From NCBI GenBank assembly GCA_903848275.1, contig CAINGB010000025.1, positions 4,713-68,712 on the forward strand: a stretch of 64,000 nucleotides of DNA, in the 5' to 3' direction. Made by a program: the position numbers and the translations under genes. This DNA is from Candidatus Uhrbacteria bacterium. Its GTDB lineage: Bacteria; Patescibacteriota; Patescibacteriia; UBA9934. A model generated the notes under the pieces. That model saw only the letters and a list, made by a program, of their open reading frames with translations. It ran no database searches and had not been told where the DNA came from. Every line of letters starts with the position of its first letter. Position 1 is the first letter of the stretch. Positions 18,880-28,781 of this stretch are shown in pieces.

Positions 18880-20313
18880 ATGTCAGCCGAAAATCCAACG
18901 CGTATTCCAAAAGTGGCCTTGATCGGGCGTACCAACGTCGGTAAGTCGACGCTTTTTAATAAATTGATTGAGGAACAGCGTTCGCTCGTGTCCGACGTCG
19001 CTGGTACCACCCGTGACCGTTTTGAAGCGGACTGTATTTGGCGCGGTCAGGTGATTCGTTTGATTGATACTGGTGGCTTGGACGTCGACCCAAAGCTGGA
19101 GATTGAACGCGGTGTGATTGAGCAAACTGAATACGCGATTAAGGAAGCTGACTTGGTTTGTTTCTTGGTCGATTTGACCGTGGGCCCCACCGTCGACGAC
19201 TACGTAATCGCCAAGAAATTATTCGCGGCTGGTAAGCCAGTAATTGTCGTTGGTAACAAGGGCGATACTCCAGCCCTCCGAGCTAGTGCAGAGAGTGACA
19301 CTTGGAAGAGCTGGCCGCTTAGCCGCCCACTCGCCGTTTCTGCGGCTCGTGGTATTGCCGCTGGTGATTTGCTCGATGAGGTTTACAACGGCTTGAATAA
19401 GGCTGGCGCCCCACCAACCGACGTGACGAACGTTATCCCAATGGAGGTAGCGGTGCTCGGTGAACCAAACGTCGGTAAGTCTACCTTGCTTAACGCGATT
19501 TTGGGTGAGAAGCGTTTTATTGCATCGTCAATTGCGCACACCACTCGTCAGCCAAACGAGGTGAGTGTAAAAATTGGTAAACAGAACTACGTCTTTGTGG
19601 ACACGGCCGGTATTCGCCGTCAGTCACGCCGCTTGCAAGCTGGCAGCTTCCTCGAAAAGCACGGCGTCAAACAAACTGTGGAATTATTGAAGAAGGTAAA
19701 CGTCGTTTTGTTCGTGCTCGACATGAGCCAGAAGATTGACGTGCAGAACAAGCGCTTGGCTGGTTTGATTGCAGAACATGGCACCAGCGTCGTCATTATC
19801 GCCAACAAGTGGGACTTAATTCCAGACAAGGACACCACGACCATTCTCAAGTACGAGGAATATATTCGCGCTCATTTGCCGCAGATCAACTACGCACCAA
19901 TTCTCTTCATCTCCGCTTTGACCGGTCAACGCGTCGGCGACATCATGAAAAAGATTTCGAGCGTGTTCAGCAGCCGCTTTACACAGTTGCTCGATACGGA
20001 ATGTAAGGAGTTTATTTCGAAGTGTATTGCTAAGCACAAGCCAAGCAAGAATAAAGGTACTTGGCACCCGAACATTACGGAGTTCGTGCAGACCACCATC
20101 AACCCACCACGCTTCCGCTTGACCATCAACGCTCCACGCGAAGATGCTTTGGCCGATAGCTACGTCCGATTCTTGGAACGTTTGATGCGTGATGAGTTCA
20201 ACTTTGTCGGCACGCCAGTTTCAATTCGCGTGTTAGCGGTGCAGCGTAAGCATGGTGAAGCACGTACGCCGATGAAACGAGTCAAAACTAAAATGGGAGG
20301 AAGACATAATTAG
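18880..20313 (+). CDS. der: GTPase Der (EngA): two GTPase domains plus a KH-like domain
   Basis: GRTNVGKSTLFN and GEPNVGKSTLLN P-loops. DTGG/DTAG motifs. Confidence 0.9.
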   Translation: MSAENPTRIPKVALIGRTNVGKSTLFNKLIEEQRSLVSDVAGTTRDRFEADCIWRGQVIRLIDTGGLDVDPKLEIERGVIEQTEYAIKEADLVCFLVDLTVGPTVDDYVIAKKLFAAGKPVIVVGNKGDTPALRASAESDTWKSWPLSRPLAVSAARGIAAGDLLDEVYNGLNKAGAPPTDVTNVIPMEVAVLGEPNVGKSTLLNAILGEKRFIASSIAHTTRQPNEVSVKIGKQNYVFVDTAGIRRQSRRLQAGSFLEKHGVKQTVELLKKVNVVLFVLDMSQKIDVQNKRLAGLIAEHGTSVVIIANKWDLIPDKDTTTILKYEEYIRAHLPQINYAPILFISALTGQRVGDIMKKISSVFSSRFTQLLDTECKEFISKCIAKHKPSKNKGTWHPNITEFVQTTINPPRFRLTINAPREDALADSYVRFLERLMRDEFNFVGTPVSIRVLAVQRKHGEARTPMKRVKTKMGGRHN

Positions 20314-20321
20314 TTCGCTCG

Positions 20322-20448
20322 CAACTGCCGTGTCTCCTGTTCCTAGCGGCGCCTCGACAACCGTACCGGCTGGCTCACCTCGTATGACTCGGGGGCCGGC
20401 ACAGGGCCGAGGCTGGCGTCGTCACAGGAGACAACGGCAGTCGCTCGC
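20322..20448. repeat. GC-rich structured intergenic element with a ~20-bp outer stem. It carries a ~40-nt motif shared with 22229-22270.
   Basis: Arms gcaactgccgtgtctcctgt / acaggagacaacggcagtcgc. Shared core ctcacctcgtatgactcggg(g/c)gc(c/t)ggc(a/g)cagggccga. Confidence 0.5.
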
Positions 20449-20523
20449 TCTTAAAGGCCTCCGTCTTGCTAAATAGTTTAAACTACCAACTACTAACTAC
20501 CTACTACCAACTTTCATACTCTA

Positions 20524-21086
20524 TGGCAATCATGATCGTGGGGCTCGGTAATCCAGGTGCAGAGTACAAGAAGACCCGCCACAATGCGGGTTTTTTGGCG
20601 CTTGATAAGTTGGCGGCAGAATGGGGTGCGAGCTGGCGAGTGAATACTACAGCTAAGGCCGAGGTGGCAGAGGTGATTGTTGGCGAGATGAAAATTGTGC
20701 TCGTGAAGCCACAAACTTTCATGAATAATTCGGGGCTCGCAGTAGCGTCGCTTATGCACCGTTATAAGATTACGATTGAACGAGTGTGGGTGGTTTACGA
20801 CGACGCAGCTATTGCGAACGATCAAGTGAGAGTAAGGCGTGGCGGCAGTGCTGGCGGTCACAATGGACTCAAGTCGATTATTGCTCACAACGGCGACCCG
20901 TTTGCGCGTTTCCGTATTGGCTTGGGTAATCCCCCAGAACGAGTACCGCTCGAAGAGTTTGTGTTGCAGAATTTTAAGGCCGATGAGATGACGCTGCTTG
21001 AGGATAAATTAAACGTCGTGATTGAGCTCATTAACGAAGCCCGAGTGACCGGCGTGCAGGAAAAAACGGTAACAATCGCCACATGA
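20524..21086 (+). CDS. pth: Peptidyl-tRNA hydrolase
   Basis: MAIMIVGLGNPGAEYKKTRHNAGF N-terminus. Confidence 0.85.
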
Positions 21087-22171
21087 TCTCCCCCTACCGC
21101 TTAGCCCTGACGCATTTTAACGACCTCACCATCGGCCCAGTCCGCCATGCGAGCTTGCTTGAAGTTTTGGGCAGTGACGAAAAGATTTGGCGAGCAACCA
21201 CCGACGAACTGCAGAGTGGCGGCTTGAGTCGCGGGATGGCGGCGAAGTTTATCGCCTGGCGCACCACGCAAGACCCGCAGGCCCTGCTCGATGATACCTT
21301 GAAGCGTGGGATTAGCTTGGTGACGCTCGATGACCCAGAATACCCAGAACTGCTCCGCGCCATTCATGACGCACCGTATGTGCTCTATTATCGCGGTACG
21401 TTGCCGCCGGCAGATGCATTGCTTGTCGGCGTCGTGGGGTCGCGACAGGCTTCGCAGTATGGTTTAAAAGTAGCTGGTGAATTGTCTGAAGCTCTAGCTA
21501 GGCATCATTTGGTAATAGTAAGTGGCCTGGCCTGGGGTATTGATGAAGAGGCGCACAAAGCGACGGTTAAAGTAAATGGTAAGACGATTGCCGTACTTGG
21601 CTGCGGTTTAGATGCCAATGATTCTTATCGAAAAATACAACTAGCTGAAGAGATCCTCGCTAAAGGCGGAGCGGTAATTAGCGAGTACCCACCAGAGATG
21701 CCTTCGCTTACTCACCATTTCCCAATTCGTAACCGAATAATTTCTGGCATGAGTAAAGGTACCCTGGTGGTCGAGGCAGCTGAGAAGTCTGGCTCACTAA
21801 TAACGGCACGAGCGGCCTTAATGGAAAATCGTGAAGTATTTGCCGTGCCTGGATCTATTCACTCCCCCACTTCTGTTGGTACTAATCGTTTGTGTCGTGA
21901 TGGCGCTCATGTGGTGACCTGTGCCAATGACATCCTTGAAGTACTCGGCGTAACACCAAGAGTGACTTCAACGGAAGTTCCGGCCGCTATGATACCTCCT
22001 GCTGCACCAGAGGCTAGGGCGATTCTAGCGCTACTAAACCACGAACCGAAACACATCGACGATTTGGCTTTGACTGTTAATCTACCGAGCCATACCGTCG
22101 GCGCAACGTTGACGATTATGGAGATTGAGGGTTACGCTCGGCATGTTGGCGGTGGAAATTATACGAGGTAA
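21083..22171 (+). CDS. dprA: DNA processing protein DprA (Smf)
   Basis: Rossmann-like DprA core LLVGVVGSRQAS...VSGLAWGIDEEAHK...VVEAAEKSGSLITA. Start overlaps the pth stop (ATGA). Confidence 0.85.
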   Translation: MISPYRLALTHFNDLTIGPVRHASLLEVLGSDEKIWRATTDELQSGGLSRGMAAKFIAWRTTQDPQALLDDTLKRGISLVTLDDPEYPELLRAIHDAPYVLYYRGTLPPADALLVGVVGSRQASQYGLKVAGELSEALARHHLVIVSGLAWGIDEEAHKATVKVNGKTIAVLGCGLDANDSYRKIQLAEEILAKGGAVISEYPPEMPSLTHHFPIRNRIISGMSKGTLVVEAAEKSGSLITARAALMENREVFAVPGSIHSPTSVGTNRLCRDGAHVVTCANDILEVLGVTPRVTSTEVPAAMIPPAAPEARAILALLNHEPKHIDDLALTVNLPSHTVGATLTIMEIEGYARHVGGGNYTR

Positions 22172-22179
22172 ACGTCAGT

Positions 22180-22420
22180 GAGTTCGCCTAACGCTTCGCT
22201 TCGCCGAAGTCGTCAACCGCACCAGCCGTCTCACCTCGTATGACTCGGGCGCTGGCGCAGGGCCGACTTCAGCTCAGCTCATCGTCAGTCGCAACTCACT
22301 TATCGAGTCAGATGATACAGGTAGCAATGAGGCGAATGAATGCCGGCCCTGCGGAATCCCGCCGAGTCAGACGAGGTATGGTCTGGGATTCTGCGGTTGA
22401 CGGTATGAGTGAGACGAAGT
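22180..22420. repeat. GC-rich structured intergenic element. It carries a direct copy (22229-22270) and an inverted near-copy (~22350-22372) of the motif shared with 20367-20410.
   Basis: gtctcacctcgtatgactcgggcgctggcgcagggccga versus ggctcacctcgtatgactcgggggccggcacagggccga. A reverse-complement-like ccgagtcagacgaggtatgg lies downstream. Confidence 0.45.
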
Positions 22421-22448
22421 GCTATCTGTATCATCTGAATCTGTGAAT

Positions 22449-23705
22449 ATGAAAAATTATAAAGAAGCGGTGCAGCGATTGATTAGTCTCAGTAATTTGG
22501 AAACGCCGTGGCGCGGGAGTCAGGAGAGTTTGCAGGATTCGCTCAAGCGCACCAAGCAGCTGCTAACTAAGCTCGAGTACCCGGAGCGTGAGTTGAAGTT
22601 TGTGCATGTGACCGGCACGAGCGGTAAAGGCAGTGTGACTAATCTGATTCACGAGATGCTCTTGGCGGATGGTCGGACTGTGGCTAGTTATACGTCGCCG
22701 CATACTACCACGCTGCTTGAGAGGTTTAGAGTGAACGAGAAGCTGATCGAACCGAAGCTGCTCGTGCAGGCCATCGAGCTCGTGATTGCGAGTTATGAGG
22801 CTCATCTGGTAGAAGGAAAACAAGCACTCAGCTATTTTGAATTAGCGACCGTGGTGGCGCTGGTAGCTTTCGTGCTGGCGAAGGTTGAATGGTGCGTGCT
22901 CGAGGTGGGACTCGGCGGCCGCTGGGATTCGACCAATGTGATTCCTAAGAAAGAGGTGGCGGTGATTACCAACGTCGACCTTGATCATACGGATATTTTG
23001 GGGAATAGCGTGAAGGAGATTGCGCAGGAGAAAGTGGGAATTATTACGGGACGCTGTGCGGTTATTTCTGGCGTCGTCCAGCCGAATCTAAGGGAGTTGA
23101 TAAGCGACGTGGCGAGCGATAAGAAGGCGAGCGTAAGATTCATCGATGCGCCGAATAGTGATCATCGATTGCACAATGCGTTGATAGCGACGGCAACGGC
23201 GCAAGCGGTGGGAGTAAAGATTGAAGTGATCGAAAAGGCATTGACGAAGACCAGAGGACTGCCCTGCCGGTTTGAAGTGATGAGCGAGAAGCCGCTCGTG
23301 ATTGTCGATGGGGCGCATAATGAGGCCAAGATGAAAGGAACGGTCAGTCTGCTCAAATCGATTAAGCGCGGAAAAGTTCATGTCGTCTTTGGCTGCAAGC
23401 ATAGTAAAGATGCGGGGGCGATGCTAAAGTCGTTAATGCCACTAGCCGATGTGATTCACACGACGCGTTACCAGCATGGTTATGGCGCGCCAGAGAATCC
23501 GGCGGTGCTCGCTAAACTGATTACGAAGAATAAGCGCGGCAAGACCTGGCTCTTTGCCGACGAGGCACTGCATTTTGTACTCGAGGCGATGAAGCCGGAG
23601 GATACGCTACTAATTACTGGATCGCTCTATTTGGCTGGAGAATTGAGAACGCAATGGGTGAGTGAAGAATCAATTGTGAAGAAGCAGTCGAGTCAAGTTA
23701 AATGA
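22449..23705 (+). CDS. folC: FolC-type Mur-ligase family protein (folylpolyglutamate/dihydrofolate synthase-like)
   Basis: HVTGTSGKGSV P-loop, YTSPHTTTLLERFRVNE, and Mur ligase middle and C-terminal domains. Confidence 0.7.
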   Translation: MKNYKEAVQRLISLSNLETPWRGSQESLQDSLKRTKQLLTKLEYPERELKFVHVTGTSGKGSVTNLIHEMLLADGRTVASYTSPHTTTLLERFRVNEKLIEPKLLVQAIELVIASYEAHLVEGKQALSYFELATVVALVAFVLAKVEWCVLEVGLGGRWDSTNVIPKKEVAVITNVDLDHTDILGNSVKEIAQEKVGIITGRCAVISGVVQPNLRELISDVASDKKASVRFIDAPNSDHRLHNALIATATAQAVGVKIEVIEKALTKTRGLPCRFEVMSEKPLVIVDGAHNEAKMKGTVSLLKSIKRGKVHVVFGCKHSKDAGAMLKSLMPLADVIHTTRYQHGYGAPENPAVLAKLITKNKRGKTWLFADEALHFVLEAMKPEDTLLITGSLYLAGELRTQWVSEESIVKKQSSQVK

Positions 23706-23882
23706 CTCAAACTCGTCAGTCGGCCAAGGCTCGGGGTGCAAAAGTTCGTCGGGTCCTGCCGCTGCGGACCCCGCTGGGTGCTCGCAAGCTGCGCGCCCAA
23801 GCAGGGGCCTCCCTTCGCGTCACCCGACTACAGGAATTAGGCCTGCCCCTCGCTACTTGGCCTTATGGGCTGCATAAAAAGT

Positions 23883-23911
23883 TTGACATAACGGGCTCTG
23901 GAGGCTATCGT
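23883..23911 (+). promoter_or_regulatory. Sigma70-like promoter of topA (TTGACA-17-TATCGT), about 11 nt before the ATG, so a near-leaderless mRNA
   Basis: ttgaca taacgggctctggaggc tatcgt, then ATG at 23923. Confidence 0.5.
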
Positions 23912-23922
23912 TCGCAGCAAAT

Positions 23923-26205
23923 ATGTCTAAACTTGTCATTGTCGAGTCCCCTACTAAAGCTAAAACTATTACCAAATTTTTGGGGAAAGAATTCACAATT
24001 CTTTCTTCTTTTGGTCATATTCGTGACTTGCCAAAGAAGTCCACCGCGGTCGACGTCGAGCATGGCTTTACGCCAACTTACGAAGTGCCCGTGGATAAGA
24101 AGGCTAAGGTGACGGCGCTTAAACAAGCGGCCAAGGGTGTAGATGAAGTCTACCTCGCAACCGACGAAGACCGTGAAGGAGAAGCGATTGCCTGGCATAT
24201 TGCTGAGGTGCTTAAGCTCGACGTCGCCACAGCCAAGCGCATTACTTTCCACGAAATTACCAAGGCCGCGATTGTGAACGCGGTGGAGCATCCAAGGACC
24301 ATCGACATGAACATGGTCAACGCGCAGCAGACGCGCCGCATTTTGGACCGTTTGGTTGGTTATGAATTGTCGCCGTTATTGTGGAAGAAGGTGCAGCGCG
24401 GACTTTCGGCTGGTCGCGTGCAGAGCGTGGCTGTGCGTTTGGTAGTTGAACGCGAACTGGAGCGCAACGCTTTTAAGAGCGATGAATACTGGACGATCGA
24501 AGCGACGTTTGAGAAAGACGGCGCGGTGCTGGAAGCTAAGTTGAACAGTATTGACGGCAGGAAGCTGGAGAAGCTCGATATTAAAAATGAGGCCGATGCC
24601 AAGAAGATTGTCGACGACGTGACTGGTGTCAGCTTTGTCGTTGATAAGATTGAGTTAAAAGATGCTTCACGTAAACCGCCGATTCCTTTGACGACGTCGA
24701 GTTTGCAGCAGGATGCATACAACCGTTTGGGCATGAGTGCTAAGCAGACCATGACCTTGGCGCAGAAGCTGTACGAAACGGGTAAGATTACTTACATGCG
24801 TACTGACTCCCAGAATTTGGCGGAGCAGTTTACGAGTGCCACACAAGATTATTTGCAGACGACTTTCGGTGCTGAATACGCCAAAGGTGCAGTTAAGTAT
24901 GCCACTAAGAGTAAGGGAGCGCAGGAAGCGCACGAGGCTATTCGTCCAACTGATGTGACCGCGTCACCTGAGAGCTTGCAAGCGAGTCTCGAAAGTGGCG
25001 AATGGAAACTGTATGATTTGATTTGGCGCCGCACAGTGGCCAGCCAGATGCCAAGCGCCAAGATGCGTCGGACCGCCGTCGATCTACTCGGCAACAAACA
25101 TATTTTCCGCGTGAACGGCAGCACAGTAGTGTTCCCAGGTTTCATGAAAGTATGGCAAGCAAGTGAAGACAAGCTCTTGCCGGTAATGGCGCAAGGTGAC
25201 GTGATTGGTGAGGCCAAGGAGATAAAGCCGGAGCAGCACTTCACCGAACCAGCTGCCCGCTACAGCGATGCGACTTTGATTAAGGCCTTAGAAGAATACG
25301 GCATTGGTCGCCCTTCTACTTACGCCCCAACTTTGACGACGATTATTGACCGCGGCTACGTGCTGCGCGACGATAATAAGAAGCTCTTCCCGTCTGACAT
25401 TGCGATCATCGTGACGGATTTGCTGAAGACGCATTTCCCGAATATTGTCGGCTACGATTTTACCGCCGACATGGAGTTGAAGCTCGACGAAGTGGCTGAG
25501 GGTAAGCAAGACTGGCAGAAGATTTTGGGCGATTTTTATGGCCCGTTCCATGCACAAATTACCGAGAAGACCGGTGATTTAAGCCGGGCTGACGTCATGA
25601 AGGAACGTAGCCTGGGCGTCGACCCTAAAGACGGCCTTGAGATTATTGTACGAACTGGGCGCTTTGGTCCGTACGTGCAACGCGGCATTGTGAGTGATGA
25701 GAATCCGAAACCACCACGCGCCTCGCTGACCAAAGATCAACTGATGGATACGATTACCCTCGACCAGGCCTTGAAATTGTTGCTGCTCCCCCGCTTGGTC
25801 GGTAAGCACACGAATGGCGAAGATATTATTGCCAACCTAGGCCGCTTTGGTCCGTACTTGAAGTGCGGCACGGTGAACATTACTTTGCCGCCGGAAGATC
25901 ACCCGGCGGAAGTGACGCTCGAACGGGCGATTCAGATTTGTACAGAAGGCGTCGCTAAAAAGGCCGCGGCCATGAAGCCACTAGCCGAACTCGGTACTGA
26001 CCCGACGAGTAAAGGTGAGATTGTTATTCGTAGTGGACGCTTTGGTGACTATATTACGGACGGCAAGACCAACGTGACGGTGCCGAAGAAAATTACCTGG
26101 CAAGACGTGACACCGGAAATGGCGATCGAGATGCTAGTCAAGAAGCGAGCGTCGCCCAAGAAGGCTTGGGGGAAGAGGAAGAAGAAGAGTGATGATAATG
26201 ACTAA
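23923..26205 (+). CDS. topA: DNA topoisomerase I with C-terminal GRFGPY repeat tail
   Basis: MSKLVIVESPTKAKTI... Toprim plus Top1A core. Four C-terminal RFGPY/RFGDY repeats. Confidence 0.9.
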   Translation: MSKLVIVESPTKAKTITKFLGKEFTILSSFGHIRDLPKKSTAVDVEHGFTPTYEVPVDKKAKVTALKQAAKGVDEVYLATDEDREGEAIAWHIAEVLKLDVATAKRITFHEITKAAIVNAVEHPRTIDMNMVNAQQTRRILDRLVGYELSPLLWKKVQRGLSAGRVQSVAVRLVVERELERNAFKSDEYWTIEATFEKDGAVLEAKLNSIDGRKLEKLDIKNEADAKKIVDDVTGVSFVVDKIELKDASRKPPIPLTTSSLQQDAYNRLGMSAKQTMTLAQKLYETGKITYMRTDSQNLAEQFTSATQDYLQTTFGAEYAKGAVKYATKSKGAQEAHEAIRPTDVTASPESLQASLESGEWKLYDLIWRRTVASQMPSAKMRRTAVDLLGNKHIFRVNGSTVVFPGFMKVWQASEDKLLPVMAQGDVIGEAKEIKPEQHFTEPAARYSDATLIKALEEYGIGRPSTYAPTLTTIIDRGYVLRDDNKKLFPSDIAIIVTDLLKTHFPNIVGYDFTADMELKLDEVAEGKQDWQKILGDFYGPFHAQITEKTGDLSRADVMKERSLGVDPKDGLEIIVRTGRFGPYVQRGIVSDENPKPPRASLTKDQLMDTITLDQALKLLLLPRLVGKHTNGEDIIANLGRFGPYLKCGTVNITLPPEDHPAEVTLERAIQICTEGVAKKAAAMKPLAELGTDPTSKGEIVIRSGRFGDYITDGKTNVTVPKKITWQDVTPEMAIEMLVKKRASPKKAWGKRKKKSDDND

Positions 26206-26228
26206 CTAATCTTAACGTTATATTTTCT

Positions 26229-26414
26229 ATGTCAAATGTATTAGCGGCATTACTAGCTAATAAATTAGCCAAAAATCCTGATAAATTATTGAAAACTGTT
26301 AAGCCGCTAGGCAAAGTGTTGCTGAAGATATTCGTAATTTTTATTATCTTTGATGTGGTATTTTTTATATTACTTTTTCTCTGGGCAATTATAACTAACC
26401 ACCTTGGTAATTAA
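26229..26414 (+). CDS. Possible small hydrophobic membrane peptide (61 aa), AT-rich
   Basis: ...KIFVIFIIFDVVFFILLFLWAIITNHLGN, a single TM helix. Weak. Confidence 0.25.
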   Translation: MSNVLAALLANKLAKNPDKLLKTVKPLGKVLLKIFVIFIIFDVVFFILLFLWAIITNHLGN

Positions 26415-26442
26415 CTCGGAAAAAAATGATACAATACTCTCA

Positions 26443-26490
26443 GCGGTGTGAGTGAAAACTTCGTTCGGCTAGCCAAGCCGAAGACATCGC
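26443..26490 (+). ncRNA. Small structured RNA, copy 1: P1 helix enclosing a GAAA-tetraloop hairpin and a uucggc...gccgaa hairpin. An extended -10 (tgatacaat) promoter sits directly upstream.
   Basis: P1 gcggtgt/acatcgc. Inner ttcggctagccaagccgaa. Extended -10 at 26427-26435 puts the TSS at the P1 start. Confidence 0.45.
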
Positions 26491-26616
26491 TCAAATAATT
26501 TGCTATAATGCGAGTGTCTCTTGGTTGAGGTAATAACTGAGAGGGTATTATTTCCGAGAGTCATCCTCCGAGAGGCGGGTGACTATTGTTTTATTGGGAG
26601 ATACGAGTCAACGTTT

Positions 26617-26645
26617 TTGACATAGGGACTGATCTAGTTTATAGT
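26617..26645 (+). promoter_or_regulatory. Consensus sigma70 promoter (TTGACA-17-TATAGT) driving sRNA copy 2
   Basis: ttgaca tagggactgatctagtt tatagt. The predicted TSS (~26652) coincides with the first base of P1. Confidence 0.6.
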
Positions 26646-26652
26646 TTATTTG

Positions 26653-26738
26653 CGCTTGTGGGCGAAAGCCCCGTTCGGCCAATATCATAAGCCGAAGACA
26701 AGCGTAAAACAACCCTTTAATGGGGTGTTTTTTTGTTT
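26653..26738 (+). ncRNA. Small structured RNA, copy 2: P1 cgcttgt/acaagcg enclosing gggcGAAAgccc and ttcggcc..gccgaa hairpins, followed by a hairpin plus T7 terminator
   Basis: Perfect 7-bp P1. GNRA hairpin. The second hairpin uses the same ttcggc/gccgaa stem as copy 1. Then ccctttaatggggtgttttttt. Confidence 0.5.
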
Positions 26739-27228
26739 AAGAGTCCAATAGCCATCCTCCACCGATCCTTTTAACGGTTTTCTGACTATTCGTCTTAAGC
26801 TCCTTCCAAGCAGGAGATACACTCCAAAAATGAAAATTGCCATCCCCAACTCTGCGTACTACAACATTAATCCTACGCTTTTTGTCGAGATTAATAATAG
26901 CAGCAAAGGCATAGTAACGAACTGATTTCTCTTGCCGATGACCACTAACATCTGGCTTGCCTACCGTCTGCACAGACTCGCGATGTTCCTGAATAGTGGT
27001 AGTTTTCTTAATTATTAAAACGGCGTCTTCCAAACAGAGAAGTTTATTTTTCTGAACTACCTTAGTTCGTTCCGTTCGAGTGCCATCAAACTGCAAGTGA
27101 TGGAATCCGTCTGAGCTGAAATGTACCATTTGATTAAGAGCTGGGCAATGAACTTTGATAACTGATTTATAAAATTTCTCTGCTTTTGCAAAGATCTTTT
27201 TAAACTCAAATAAATCGCTATTACTCAT
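26737..27228 (-). CDS. Hypothetical protein (163 aa), low GC
   Basis: AT-rich ORF with no recognisable motif. Confidence 0.45.
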   Translation of the reverse strand: MSNSDLFEFKKIFAKAEKFYKSVIKVHCPALNQMVHFSSDGFHHLQFDGTRTERTKVVQKNKLLCLEDAVLIIKKTTTIQEHRESVQTVGKPDVSGHRQEKSVRYYAFAAIINLDKKRRINVVVRRVGDGNFHFWSVSPAWKELKTNSQKTVKRIGGGWLLDS

Positions 27229-27311
27229 ACTTATAAACTATACTTGCACAGGTCTTTCGTCAACATGCGGAACTTGCCACAAAGTGATATTCGGCCTATT
27301 CTCTATAGAGT

Positions 27312-28781
27312 ATGCAGATGCCTTCGTTTGATGATTTAAAGGTGGTGCTCGATGCCAGATACAGCGAGTTTGATTTGATTTTGCTGCAAACGGCGTATGA
27401 ATATGCCAAGCTGGCGCATGAGGGGCAAACTAGGAGTACAGGTGAGCCGTATTTTAATCACGTTTTTCAGACGGCGGTTAAGCTGGCGAAGTTGCGTTTG
27501 CCGAGTGAGGTGATTGCGGCTGGCTTGTTGCACGATGTGCCAGAGGATACTGAGAGAACGCTCGAGGATGTGGAGCGCGAGTTTGGGGCGGATATTGCTG
27601 GCATGGTGGCGAGTTGCACCAAGCTTGGTAAAGTGAAGTACCGTGGCGAGGAGCGTTACATTGAAAACTTGCGTAAGATGTTCGTGGCCATGGCAGAAGA
27701 CGTGCGCGTCATCTTCATTAAGTTTGCGGACCGCATGCACAACATGGAGACGCTCTACGCCAGGCCAGAGCATAAACGCTTGCGGATTGCTAAGGAGGTA
27801 ATGGAGATTTACGCCCCGATTGCCAACAGGCTCGGCATGGCGGAATACCGTGGTCAATTTGAGGATCACGCGTTTAAATATTTGTTCCCTCGCGATTACA
27901 CTTGGACGCAGCATTTGCTCGAGGAACGAGTGCGCAAATTTGGGCCGGCCATGAACCGCGCCATTCCGACGGTGGAAAAAGAATTGAAAGATCATAGCGT
28001 CAACTACGTCGACATCCACGGCCGGATGAAACATTGTTATAGTTTGTATAAGAAGCTCAAAAAGTACGGCAACGACATCGATAAAGTGTACGACATTGTG
28101 GCGCTGCGCATAATTGTACCGAGTGTCAGCGACTGTTATGCGGCGCTTGGCATTCTACACAGCCTGTATACGCCGCTCCCTGGCCGTATTAAGGATTATA
28201 TCGCGCAACCTAAGCCAAACGGTTATAGCTCACTCCACACCACCGTGTTTGACGACCAAGGGGCGATTGTCGAGTTCCAGATCCGTACTCAGCAGATGCA
28301 CGAGGAAGATGAATACGGTATTGCGGCGCACTGGCGCTACAAAGAAGGGTCGGCTAAGAATAAACACGTCACCTGGATGGAGGAGTTTGCTAAAATTCAG
28401 AAAGAAATTAGTGGCGACACCTTCATGGACCATTTGGACAACATGAAGCTCGACATGTTCCGCGACCGGATTTTCGTGTTTACACCGCGCGGTGACGTGA
28501 TCGACTTGCCGGAAGAATCGACACCGGTTGATTTTGCTTACGCTGTACATACCGACATTGGCAACAAGGCGACCATGGCCCAGGTGAACCGTGTAGTGGC
28601 ACCGCTTGATACCACACTCAAAAGTGGCGATGTGGTAGAAATTGTGACCGACAAGAATCGTAAACTGCCGAACGAGGATTGGCTGCGGTTTGTGAAAACG
28701 CACCAGGCCCGCGAGAAAATAAAAGACGCGCTCCGAGCGACGAAGCGGTCGTTTATTGCGAAGATGTTAGGTCGATCTTAG
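27312..28781 (+). CDS. rel: Short bifunctional RelA/SpoT-family (p)ppGpp synthetase/hydrolase: HD, synthetase and TGS domains, no ACT domain
   Basis: HD motif LLHDVPEDT. Synthetase region DIVALRIIV...GYSSLHTTV. TGS IFVFTPRGDVIDLP. Confidence 0.85.
   Translation: MQMPSFDDLKVVLDARYSEFDLILLQTAYEYAKLAHEGQTRSTGEPYFNHVFQTAVKLAKLRLPSEVIAAGLLHDVPEDTERTLEDVEREFGADIAGMVASCTKLGKVKYRGEERYIENLRKMFVAMAEDVRVIFIKFADRMHNMETLYARPEHKRLRIAKEVMEIYAPIANRLGMAEYRGQFEDHAFKYLFPRDYTWTQHLLEERVRKFGPAMNRAIPTVEKELKDHSVNYVDIHGRMKHCYSLYKKLKKYGNDIDKVYDIVALRIIVPSVSDCYAALGILHSLYTPLPGRIKDYIAQPKPNGYSSLHTTVFDDQGAIVEFQIRTQQMHEEDEYGIAAHWRYKEGSAKNKHVTWMEEFAKIQKEISGDTFMDHLDNMKLDMFRDRIFVFTPRGDVIDLPEESTPVDFAYAVHTDIGNKATMAQVNRVVAPLDTTLKSGDVVEIVTDKNRKLPNEDWLRFVKTHQAREKIKDALRATKRSFIAKMLGRS

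Noticed and set aside
22240-22446. 68-aa ORF (and 23702..24112, 136 aa) lying over GC-rich intergenic repeat regions
   Set aside because: They coincide with structured repeat elements, have no RBS, and their composition is driven by the repeats. The downstream real genes (folC, topA) have better starts.
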